From positions 310,001 to 374,000 of the forward strand of contig CP060764.1 in the NCBI GenBank assembly GCA_023205875.1: a DNA stretch of 64,000 bases. Direction: 5' to 3'. Positions 41,252 to 51,400 of this stretch are shown here, one piece after another. The position numbers and the translations under genes are program-made. This DNA is from Chloropicon primus (Eukaryota). Below the pieces are notes generated by a model that saw only the letters and a list, made by a program, of their open reading frames with translations, was not told where the DNA came from and made no database searches. How positions within the stretch are numbered: the stretch's first letter is position 1; each line of letters starts with the position of its first letter.

Positions 41252-42991
41252 ATGCAGTGGCAATCATCATCCGTGCTTATTGGCCTCGCCTGCCTCGTCC
41301 TCTTCGTTTCCGGGGTGGCGGCAGACGGGGTCAACCTCGAGAATGTGGAGAACTGCAAGACAATGGAGGTTGACTTCATCGTCAACGAAGGAGATGCCAC
41401 AGCCAAGGCGATCGAGGACGACATCGTCAGCGATTTGGCCAAAGTCGGCATTAAGGTCAATACTCGGCTCTTGTCGAAGGACGATCTCAACGAGGCCATG
41501 GTGAACGGCGACTTCAACCTGGCCTTCTCGGAGTCGTGGGGTGCTCCGTACGACCCCCAAGCTTTCGCTGCGTCTTGGTCCACGCCGGACGAGGCGTATC
41601 ACGCCGCCCTGGACGGCCTGGAAGGGCCTTACACGAAGGAGGCCCTGAGCGGCATGATCCAGGAGGCCCTGGTTAAGGAGACGGAGGGGGAGCGCGAGGA
41701 AGCGTGGACCGAGATCCTCGAGGCCTTGCACAGTCAAGCCACCGAGCTGCCTTTCTCTGGGAAGCGCATCCCTGCCGTGATCAACAAGCGGCTGACGGGT
41801 TACATCCCCGGAACCCAGCAGTTCGATTATCCGGCGCACACGCTCAGGGTACTCACTGGGAGCAAGACCGTAACCGTCGCCCCGGGGGCACAGACGGGCC
41901 TCTTCAGCAACGAGACTGGCGTGGGACGCTTGGATCCCCATACGTACCGCCCAAACGAGTTCTTCGCGAACAACTGGGTGTACGATGGTCTCGTCGAGTA
42001 CGGACCCTCCGGGACCCTGATCCCCGCCCTCGCGGAGTCTTGGACCGTCGCCGATGGGGACGGCGAGGGACAGACGTACACCTTCAACTTGCGAAAGGGC
42101 GTCAAATTTCATGATGGCGCGCCTTGGAACTGCGCGGCCGCAAAGTTGAACTTTGATCACGTGCTGGCTGCCCCCCTCGTCACCGCCGATTACCATGGCT
42201 GGTACGCTCTACCTGGGCAGATCAAAGACTGGAAGTGCATCGATGACTACACCTTTGTTGTTGAGACCAAGGGCAAGTACTACCCCCTTCTCCAAGAGCT
42301 GTCTTTCATTCGACCGCTCAGGATGCTGTCGCCAAACCTGTTTGTCGGTGGCCTCGACAGCGATCCGCTGACGGAGAACTCGTGCCACGTCGGTTGGGGC
42401 AACGTGTCCGACTCTGGCGTCACGGTGCAGTGCGCTGGGATCGTGGGCGGAGGCGTCTCGAATGGCGGCACTGTGAGCGGCACAGGGAGATGGATCTATG
42501 ACAAGACGGAGATGGATGGGAGCGCTGTCAAGAGGGTTCACTTCAAGATCAATCCCGACCATTGGGATGCGCCCTCCGGACAACACCCCGAGGAGCTTGT
42601 CGTTGTGCACTACCCAACGCACACCGAAGTCAAGGACGCCCTTCTCGACGGGTCCCTGGATGCGGTGATGGGCTCTGGTGTCTTGACCGAGGCGGAGGTG
42701 GCGATGCTCAAGAGTGATCACAGCGACAAGTTGTCCGTCTCCCTGACCGAGCCGATTCAGAACCGCATCATCGTCATGAACACCGCGAAGGCTCCAACGG
42801 ACAGCCTTCAGAACCGCAAGGTCATCATCCACTCGATCGACAAGGCCTCCATCATCAAGAAGGAGCTTGCGGGATTGGACGAGCCTGCCGTATCGCTCTT
42901 CCCCAAAAATGCTCCGTACAGCGGCGCTCACCTGACCCCTCTGCCGGACTACGACATCGAGAAGGCCAGGCTCCTCAACTGCCCGGTCTAA
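41252..42991 (+). CDS. Secreted NikA-like (SBP family 5) nickel/metallophore-binding protein, circularly permuted
   Basis: Signal peptide; SWGAPYDP (NikA TWGAPYDP); LDPHTY..NNWVYDGLVEY..IPALAESW..YTFNLRKGVKFHDG; RPLRM; YDIEKA. The segments occur in rotated order. Confidence 0.88.
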   Translation: MQWQSSSVLIGLACLVLFVSGVAADGVNLENVENCKTMEVDFIVNEGDATAKAIEDDIVSDLAKVGIKVNTRLLSKDDLNEAMVNGDFNLAFSESWGAPYDPQAFAASWSTPDEAYHAALDGLEGPYTKEALSGMIQEALVKETEGEREEAWTEILEALHSQATELPFSGKRIPAVINKRLTGYIPGTQQFDYPAHTLRVLTGSKTVTVAPGAQTGLFSNETGVGRLDPHTYRPNEFFANNWVYDGLVEYGPSGTLIPALAESWTVADGDGEGQTYTFNLRKGVKFHDGAPWNCAAAKLNFDHVLAAPLVTADYHGWYALPGQIKDWKCIDDYTFVVETKGKYYPLLQELSFIRPLRMLSPNLFVGGLDSDPLTENSCHVGWGNVSDSGVTVQCAGIVGGGVSNGGTVSGTGRWIYDKTEMDGSAVKRVHFKINPDHWDAPSGQHPEELVVVHYPTHTEVKDALLDGSLDAVMGSGVLTEAEVAMLKSDHSDKLSVSLTEPIQNRIIVMNTAKAPTDSLQNRKVIIHSIDKASIIKKELAGLDEPAVSLFPKNAPYSGAHLTPLPDYDIEKARLLNCPV

Positions 42992-43368
42992 ACGTTTTGT
43001 TCAAGCAATACAAGTTTTCCTCCTCCTCCTTTCCTCTGATCATCACCGGGGACTCTTTCACACGAAGCAGGAGGACACTCACTGAGATCCGAGCCATCCA
43101 CTCTCACTCCGCCCTGCTCCAACCTCTGACCGCTCCGAGCTTCTGGTTACACCCACCCCACACACACACACACGCCAGCCCCAGAAGCAACAATGGCCAG
43201 CAGCAGCAGAAAAAAGATTGTGACAGAAGCTGAGCAAATCAGCAGATGCATCACCAGAGTCACCACCAAGGACTCTCTCTCGTGCCAGCCTCATCCTCAC
43301 CAAGTTCCAACCCATCCATCACCTCTGCTCTGGCCAAGCTTTTCAAACTGGCCTGACAGACAGAGCTG

Positions 43369-44367
43369 ATGATGGCGTGGAGCTCGGGCTCGGTAGCGCC
43401 GTGGTTGGTTCGAGTCTCGTCCTCGAGCGCGGAGGAGGAGAGGCACACCGTTGCGCCTTCCGAAGTGCCTCTGCTCACCCTCAACGACGCCACCGTCTCG
43501 ACTTCAAGCGGCACGCAACGCGAGCGCATCCTCACCGTGGGACGAGTGAAGAAGAACGATGTGATCCTCCACTGCAAGCACTTGCCTGGCCTCGTGTCGA
43601 GAAGGCATGCTCAAGTTCGAGCGCGGTGGTCGGGGGCGACGACGGTGGCGGAAGGCTCGAGCGGTGGCATCGCTGTGGAGTTGAGGGATCTCGGTGGCTG
43701 CAATGGCACCTTCATCAACGGCGAAAGGGTCGCGAAGGATGTGTGGAGCTTGGTGAGGAAAGGGGACGTGGTGAGCTTCGGGGGGAAGGAGGTCATCGCG
43801 AGCGGGTGCGAGACAACGGCGAATGCCTTCGTCTATCGGTTGGTGGAGCGGGAGGGGGGGTGTCCGGTTCTCGAGGGCGAGGCTGCTGAAAGGGTTGAGA
43901 AGAGCGAGGTCCAGGGGCCTTGCTGCTCCAGCTACAAGATGAGGGACACAGTCTTGGATCAAGTAGAGGAGAACTTCACTTGCATTATTTGCCAGGACTT
44001 CCTTGTCGGAGCCCAGTGCGTCGTTCCTTGCGGGCACATGTTCTGCAGGTCTTGCCTCGGCCCGTGGCTGAAGAGAACGCGGACGTGTCCCATCTGCAGA
44101 CAGAAGTGCAGCGCTCAGGTCCCCGTGCGAGGCGTCGACAGCTTCCTGGAGTCTTTCCTCGTGCCGCTCCTCGACGCGAGCGAGAGGAAGCTGTTCGAGG
44201 AGAGGGTGAGGGAAGACAAGGTGCCGGGAAAGCAGAAGCCACAAGGCGGCCAACCAAAGAAGAGGAAGGTTGGGGAGGTTGTGGATTTGACGACACCTCC
44301 GCCCTCGACGACAAGGTTGCCACGGGGGAGGGACTTGGCCGGACTCGTGTATGTGCCAAACTTCTAA
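43369..44367 (+). CDS. FHA + RING E3 ubiquitin ligase (CHFR/RNF8-like)
   Basis: FHA motifs VGR, VSRRHA, DLGGCNGTFING; C3HC4 RING CIIC..CGHMFCRSC..CPICR. Confidence 0.9.
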   Translation: MMAWSSGSVAPWLVRVSSSSAEEERHTVAPSEVPLLTLNDATVSTSSGTQRERILTVGRVKKNDVILHCKHLPGLVSRRHAQVRARWSGATTVAEGSSGGIAVELRDLGGCNGTFINGERVAKDVWSLVRKGDVVSFGGKEVIASGCETTANAFVYRLVEREGGCPVLEGEAAERVEKSEVQGPCCSSYKMRDTVLDQVEENFTCIICQDFLVGAQCVVPCGHMFCRSCLGPWLKRTRTCPICRQKCSAQVPVRGVDSFLESFLVPLLDASERKLFEERVREDKVPGKQKPQGGQPKKRKVGEVVDLTTPPPSTTRLPRGRDLAGLVYVPNF

Positions 44368-44399
44368 CACATATTCTAAAGAGATTCTTACTACGATGA

Positions 44400-46640
44400 C
44401 TAACCAAAGATATCAGCACACCTGGAAAAATCGCCGGTCTCCCTGGCTTGCCAATACTCGCCCGTGTAGACGAAGTTTGAGTCGAACTTCCACTTCTTCG
44501 GGTTGGACCCCGGGGCGAGGTTGAACCACTTTGGCTTGTAGCCCTCCCCCTGCTCCGCGGCCTTTCTCGCGGCCCTCTGCTTCTGCTCCACCCTCAGCTT
44601 CTCGTCATTCGCCTTGCTGTACCTACCAATCTCCAAAAAGTGCTGGTCGGGCCTCAGCCTGGTGTCCGTGGGGCAGATGGTGTCCTTCTCGTCGTCGAAG
44701 AGCTCGTTCAGGGTGATGGTGAACTTTGGCAGGTTCCTCGATCCCGGAGCGCCCTCGGGCTTCAGGTCGTGCTGCCACAGGCACTCCTCTCCGTTCTGGT
44801 GCTCCGCGATCAGCTCCACGCTCCACTGGCCCCTGAGGGAGGCAACTTTCTGGCCCTCCCGGTTCTGGACGTAACCCTTGAGCATGTGGGAGTACCTGTC
44901 AAGGATCCCGGTTTCCTTGAACTTGATCTTGGCCCGAGTGCCCGCGTTCGACTCAAACTTCATGGGGCCGCTGTGCTCGATCTTCATCTTCCCTATAATG
45001 ATGTTGTTCACCAGCGTCGTGACCTTATTGTATGTTACAACCTCCCCGTCGTGGAACTCCAGGGTCAGGGTGCCGACGGGGATGACCTCCACGGACCTCC
45101 CCCAGAACTTGCTCTTGAGCTCGCCAGCGGTGTTCCACTTCCAGCCCCGGCCCTCTGCAACCGCTGCGAGGATGGTTGGGTGGTGGACCACCTTCTCGCT
45201 AAAGAATCTGAAACCTTTCTCCGGCGAGAGGTACTCAAAGGTCTCCCCAAGCAGAGGGTTGAAGGGCTTCCTCGTCCTGCCCTCCGTGTTGCTGTAGCCG
45301 CTGACCGCGAAGGCGCAGCAGTGCATCATCCTCTCCACCGAGCCCTTCTTCGCGAGGGCTGCCTTGTCCAAGAGATCCAAGTACACGAAGTCCTCGCACA
45401 ACTTCTGCAGGGCAGAGATAGGCTCGTTGAAGTACACAGGCAGGCACACCCTGGTCAAGTCCTTGCCGACCATGTCCCTAATAATGGTCCAAAGGCTCAC
45501 CTTCTTCTCCTTCTCCACGGGATCGGGAAGCTTTTGCCTCCTGTTGCGCCGCTTGGCGAGCTCCAGGCCCTCCGGAGCGGGCAACCCGGCGGCGCCTCCC
45601 TGGCCCTGGTCTCCCCTCATGGAAAGCCCAGCAAAGTCATCCGAGAAGGACTCCCTCTCGCAGTCGTAGAAGTCATCGTCGTCGCTCCCGACGCCATTGT
45701 TTTGGTCACCCTCATCGTCACTGCTCGCCACATTGTCGTCCTGGTACTCCTCCCCGTCCGACTCCACGCTCGCTCGGTCGGACATCCGGTCTGCGTGGAG
45801 CAAAGCAGACGCTGGCGCGTGGGCGTCCCCAGCGAGGCTAATCCGGGTGTGGTTCTCCGCCAGCAGCTTGGTTTCCAGCTCCTGCTTGTCATGCTCCAAG
45901 GTTTTGACGTACTCCAGCAGCTTGACCCTCTTCTCCCTCTCCACGTACAGCTGGTCCATGACCTTGGACTGGATGTTCTGCAGAAGGGTCTCCACCTCGT
46001 TCAGCAGGTCGTCATTCGCTCCGTTGGCCTTCATCAGGTCCATGAACTTCCTCACGTCGTCCCTGATGATGTCCGAGGTCGCGAAGACCGTGGCAATCGC
46101 AGGCGTAGCCGGGGTCATCGGAGTCTTCGGCGTCTTTGCAGCGGCCCTCTCCGACTTGAGGGCGTTGAGCCAGGCGGTCCTGTCCCTCGAGCTCTCCGCC
46201 TTGAGCATCATCGTCATCGTCCCGCTGTGAATGTAGAACTTCCTCAAGTCCGACCCGCTGGCTCTCACCTTGGACACGTCCACGTGAACCGATCCCTTCT
46301 CCTCCAGATCCTCAATGTGTTTCTGCTGGGATGGTTTGAACTGGGCCCTGGCGTCCGTCTCAAACCTCGTCGTCATCTCACCGATGAAATCCACCTGGCC
46401 GTTGTTCCTGCAATAGTCCGTGATGTAAGCCACGTTCGAGAGCTTGTCTCCTGAGACCTTGAAGTACCGCAAGATCTTATCTTGGAGCACAAAGTATCGA
46501 GGGCGCCACCCTTTCCCCAAGTTGACATACTTGTACAATATTCCGCACACAATCACTGGCTCGTCCGAGTCGAACACCGCTGTATCGACCGCAGGAGGCC
46601 GAGCCAGTCCTCTTTGGGAGTTGGAGTGATTCCCGTTCAT
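44400..46640 (-). CDS. Oxysterol-binding-protein-related protein (PH + ORD)
   Basis: PH domain GILYKYVNLGKGWRPRYF; FFAT-like DDFYDCE; ORD motifs LPVYFNEP, KPFNPLLGETFE, SEKVVHHP, DTRLRPDQ. Confidence 0.95.
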   Translation of the reverse strand: MNGNHSNSQRGLARPPAVDTAVFDSDEPVIVCGILYKYVNLGKGWRPRYFVLQDKILRYFKVSGDKLSNVAYITDYCRNNGQVDFIGEMTTRFETDARAQFKPSQQKHIEDLEEKGSVHVDVSKVRASGSDLRKFYIHSGTMTMMLKAESSRDRTAWLNALKSERAAAKTPKTPMTPATPAIATVFATSDIIRDDVRKFMDLMKANGANDDLLNEVETLLQNIQSKVMDQLYVEREKRVKLLEYVKTLEHDKQELETKLLAENHTRISLAGDAHAPASALLHADRMSDRASVESDGEEYQDDNVASSDDEGDQNNGVGSDDDDFYDCERESFSDDFAGLSMRGDQGQGGAAGLPAPEGLELAKRRNRRQKLPDPVEKEKKVSLWTIIRDMVGKDLTRVCLPVYFNEPISALQKLCEDFVYLDLLDKAALAKKGSVERMMHCCAFAVSGYSNTEGRTRKPFNPLLGETFEYLSPEKGFRFFSEKVVHHPTILAAVAEGRGWKWNTAGELKSKFWGRSVEVIPVGTLTLEFHDGEVVTYNKVTTLVNNIIIGKMKIEHSGPMKFESNAGTRAKIKFKETGILDRYSHMLKGYVQNREGQKVASLRGQWSVELIAEHQNGEECLWQHDLKPEGAPGSRNLPKFTITLNELFDDEKDTICPTDTRLRPDQHFLEIGRYSKANDEKLRVEQKQRAARKAAEQGEGYKPKWFNLAPGSNPKKWKFDSNFVYTGEYWQARETGDFSRCADIFG

Positions 46641-47440
46641 CCTCCTCCTGTCAAGGCCAACGCACTCGTCCCCTCAATCTCAATCAATCCCCTCCACCCC
46701 AAAGCGCAACACCCAGCGTCACTCCCCCCCCCACCGCACCTTTGATGAGTCAGAGAGACGCGCGTTCTTGCAGTGAATGAAGTTCTTTCCATGAGGGTAA
46801 ACCACTCCAAGTGTAATGTGTTTTATCGAACAAGAAAGCCAGCAGAGAGGAGGAGAACGAGGAGGAGAACGAGGAGGAGAACGAGGAGGAGGAGGAGGAG
46901 GAGGAGGAGGAGGACACTTTTGTGACGATTAGGACGAGACACAAGGGACCACTCGTCTTGCACCTCGTGGCACTTCCAGTCCAATCCAAGAGAAAGACAA
47001 AGGGAACACACATGCAACAATTCGAGGATTGAGAGAGAGTCCTTCTCTGTCCCTCTCTCTCTCGCTCGCTCTCGAGCCATTACCTCCATTTTTCAAGTTT
47101 CGTACTTCATATTTGAAGTAGGAAAAAAAAACCTAAAACGATGATATTAATATTTTGTCTGAGTTGGCGAACAAACCAGCGAGGAGGAGGCACAAAGAGG
47201 TGAGTCAAGTGCGCAAGGCGGCGCAAGGGGAGGAAAGGAGAGGCAAGACATCGATGCATCGTGGCCTCCTCTCTCGAATGAGCCCTCTCTTGAAGGGAAT
47301 GGCGCCGTGGTGGAGACTGAGGCGGGTTTTTTTTTTTGGTGTGTGTGTGTTTGTTTGTTTGTTTGTTTGTTTGTGTGTGTGTGTGTTCGTTCATCGATAA
47401 GGCAGGAGGTGGTGACAACGAGACGGACGAGGGGCGCACG

Positions 47441-48367
47441 ATGGGTCTGTTTACGGCCTTCCTTGACTGGCTGAGGAGGTGAGTCCAGTCTCCTGTCCAC
47501 GAGCTTTGCTTCTCCTCGAAAAGTTCTTCTGTTTTCTTCTGCAGGACCCATCGAGAGAGAGAGGAGAGTTGCTGACGTTCTCCCTCCTCTCGTCTCTCTC
47601 ATTTCTCTCTCATCTCTCTCCCTCTTGATCTCTCGACAGCCTCTTCTTCAAGAAGGAGATGGAGTTGTCTCTGATTGGGCTGCAGAATGCGGGAAAGACT
47701 TCCTTGGTGAACGTCATAGCTACGGGAGGTTTCGACGAGGATATGATACCAACGGTGAGTGGGGTGATGAGCTGAACCTCTTGCGCGCACCACCACCCAA
47801 GCGTCTCGAGGCATCAGCAGCAGCAGCAGCAGTAGCAGAAGCAACTACAACAGCAACGCGATCGTTCTCTCGTTGTGTCGTCGTCGTCGTCGCCGTCACT
47901 GACGCTTGACTCCCACCTCGCTCTTTTGCTTTGCAACCTTCTCCTTCTTCGTTGTCCGTCGTCGGGCACAGGTCGGCTTCAACATGAGGAAGGTGACCAA
48001 AGGTGCTGTCACGATAAAGTTGTGGGATTTGGGTGGCCAGCCTCGCTTTAGGAGCATGTGGGAGAGATACTGCAGGGGAGTGAACTGCGTGGTGTATGTC
48101 GTGGACTCGGCGGACCACGAGAACGTTGAGATAGCAAAGAGCGAGCTCCACGACTTGCTCTCAAAGCCCACGGTTTCTGGAATCCCCTTGCTGGTCTTGG
48201 GAAACAAGAACGACCTCCCAGGCGCCTTGTCCACCTCGGAGCTCATCGACAGGCTCAACCTCAAGAATTTCCAGAACAGGGAGGTGTGCTGCTACTCCAT
48301 ATCGTGCAAGAATAAGAACAACATCGACATCACGATCGAATGGCTCACAAAGCACGCAAAGTCGTAA
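47441..48367 (+). CDS. ARL8: Small GTPase ARL8; introns 47479-47639 and 47755-47971
   Basis: Spliced product [65 protein letters not shown]. Confidence 0.96.
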
Positions 48368-48495
48368 AATAACAAACAACAGAAGGTTCTGCGACGACGA
48401 CGTTCTAGAGCTTACAGAAAAATATAATTACATAACAATTCTCTCAATTTTTTTTAAAGTTTCTTTTGCGGCTCTCTACGCACTATCGCACTCGT

Positions 48496-51400
48496 CTATT
48501 GTTTCGGGGCTCCAAACTTTATCTTCAGAGTCAAGCCCCCAGTGGGCGCGCTCGGCTTCTCCTTCGGGGGGCTCGGAGCGTGCTCGGCCTTCACATCGCC
48601 CTGCGAGGGGTAGGCCTTCGCCACTCTCTCCGAGGATTTTCTCGCTTCCCTGTGAATCTTCTTGGGGCTCTCGGACTTGAGGACGCACCGGGAGAACTTC
48701 TTCTCGAACTCCCCCTCCTCCCAGAGACCATGGAAGACCTTTTGAAAGTCCTCGACCTTGGAGTGCAGGAGGTCGTTGCCCTCCACTTCCCTCAGCAGGG
48801 CCTGGAACTGGAAACGCAGGTCGTCCCTGACTTGGGTGGGTTCCTTGTACTCCCTCGTTTTGAGCTTGCGGGCGATCGGACCAAAGTCAAAACCGATTCC
48901 GTCCATGGCGGCCACCTCCGTCTTGAGCGAAGCGTAGCTCTCGTGATCAACCAACGACCGGAGGAAGACCTCCGCGGAGGAGAATATGTCCTCAAGGATC
49001 GATGCGGCTTGTGGCTCGAGGGCGAACTTCCTCTCGAACCCGCCCCAGCGCTTCATGAACACTCTCTGCAACTCTTTCGCGCTGACGAAAACAGGATCAA
49101 CCGCGTAGTTGAACCGGTAGCAATTCTCAAAGATCTGCGTGACGTCCTCCCAAAGATCCTTGGGTGCATTGATCTCCTTCGACTTCAGCTTGTTGTGGAT
49201 GGTCGTGAGGTCCATGGGCTTGGTGACAATCTGCTGGTATTTCCCCCACAAGGCGGGGTCTCCGAACGTGTCGGCGGTGACGGGATTCACGAACGCTTCC
49301 GCTACTTTGTTCTTCTTGAGCATGAAAATCAGCTTGAGGCATTCTTGGAATTGCGCGGGGGTGAACCCCGCATCCCCCTGAGCGGCCAGCTGTGCTTCCT
49401 CCTTCACGACGTGCACTTGAGACGATCCGGGGTTGTCACTCTCGCCCTGGATCTCCAGGGAAACCTTCTTGGGGGGCAGAGACTTCAGCCTTATTTTGGG
49501 AAAGCCGTTCGAGTTGTCTGGAGCGGCGGCCTGGTCAATCTCCATGCCCTCTCCACCGCCCCGGACCCCCTCCGCGGTCTCATGCCCCCCAGCCCCGACG
49601 TCGTCGATTTCCATCTTCACTGGTGGGGAGACCCCATGCAGAGGCTTCTCCTTCGACAACACCTCGGCATGATGCTTAGAAGTGTCTTGGCTTTGGCCAG
49701 AGTCGTTCGTCAGCAGAGTGGTCTCGGGCACGAGTGTGCCTCCTTCGCTCAGTGTCGCCGCGAGCGAATCTTCCCCAGACACACAAGCGCTCTCTGCCAT
49801 CAAGGCTTCGATCTTCGCATCGCTCCAGAGCTCACCAAAGACCTTGTTCAACTCCTCGCCCCTGGTCGAGAGTGGATCGCCCTCCTTGTTGTACTGCCTG
49901 CAATTGGCGAACAGAAGGTCCATGTCCTCCTTCACTTGCACGGGACTGGCGTACTCTTTGTTGTGAACCTTGGACTGGATGGCTCCAAGATCGATTGGTG
50001 TCTTGATCACATCGTAGTAGTCCGGCACGCTTATCTTGTCGACAGGAGCCCGGAATGAGATGGCCAGGTCATTGTTGAATATTTTGCTGACCACCTCTTC
50101 CACCCGTTTCCATGCCTCCAGGTCAGGCTTCAGCCTCTCTATTCCGAATTTCTCTTCCAGCTTTTTCCACCTCTTCCTGAACCCACGCTTGAGGTGCTTG
50201 CCCGCCTTGTGGACAGGATCTCCCTCAAAGTTGAACTTGAAGCAGTTCTCGAAAACCAAATTCACGTCGTCTTTGAACTCGTCAATAGAGCTGTACTTTC
50301 TCCTCCTCTGCTTACTCGCAATGGTTGAAATATCCATGGGGGTTTTCACGACGTCTTGATACTTTGCCCAAAGCTCCGGCAGTTGCAGCATCTCTTGCGT
50401 AACAGGTTTCAGGAAGGGCTCGGCGTACTTGTGCTTTTTCAGGAAGTGCACAATCCTGTCGCACTCCTTCATCATTTCATCTTCCTTCGTCAGCACTTTA
50501 TTTTCCACCAGAAGCTTGGACTCGATGTCGTGCTTGTCCCAACTCAATTTGAAGAAGACTTCCAGATCATCGCCCAGCTTTCTCACGGCATTGTCCTCCA
50601 CTTTGTTGTACAGTCGGCAATTCTTGAAGACAAGCTCCATGTCAGACTTGAATTCGGACACATTCTCATACACCCTGCGAGCCAGCTTGTCCGTGACCGT
50701 GTTGAAGTCCATGGGCTCCTTAACGACCTCAAAGTAGTCCGGAGCCTTGTCCTTCTCAGGATCCACCGGCTTCAAGAATGGCCAGGCATTAGGGTGGGTC
50801 TTCACCTCCCTCAAAACTTGCAAGCAAAGACCCCACATCTTCTGGGTCTGCTCGTCTTCAAACTTCACCTTGCCACGGAAAGACTGACTTCGGTTTGAAT
50901 CGTGCAGAGTGTGCGCCCGGGACTCCACGCGGGTAAGAGATCTGATTTCACCCGCTTCCCAGAGCTCCTCAATGTGGCTCTCTTTCCACTTCGTTTCAAA
51001 AGTCTCCGAGAGCTTTTCCCCCGCCTTGTACACGATGGATTCTGGGTGATCCACATTGAACTTCCGGGAGTTTATGAAAATCTGTCGAACGTCGTCTCGG
51101 AATTGCAGAGGACTCTCGTACTTGGCTCCCCTAGTTTTCTCTGTGACAGTGCCGAGATCCATAGGATTGCCTTCGATCACCTTCAAGTACTCCTCAAAGG
51201 CCTTCTCCTTCTGCTCTTGGGTCTCCCCACCAAAGGAAGCGACGCTGACGGGATTCATGAAGTACGCGGCCGCCTTTGCGCTGCGGAGGCCGTTCAAAAT
51301 CTTCGAAGCAAGTCGCATCAACTCTTCCACCAGCTTTTGTTTCTTCTCCTCTTCCGTCAGGGGTTTCTCTTTCGATGTTTCAGACACCAGTTTTGCATAC

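Noticed and set aside
43000..43365. Possible ncRNA in the CpG-poor spacer after the NikA-like gene
   Set aside because: No convincing C/D, H/ACA or tRNA structure could be recognised by eye; an Infernal/Rfam scan is needed.
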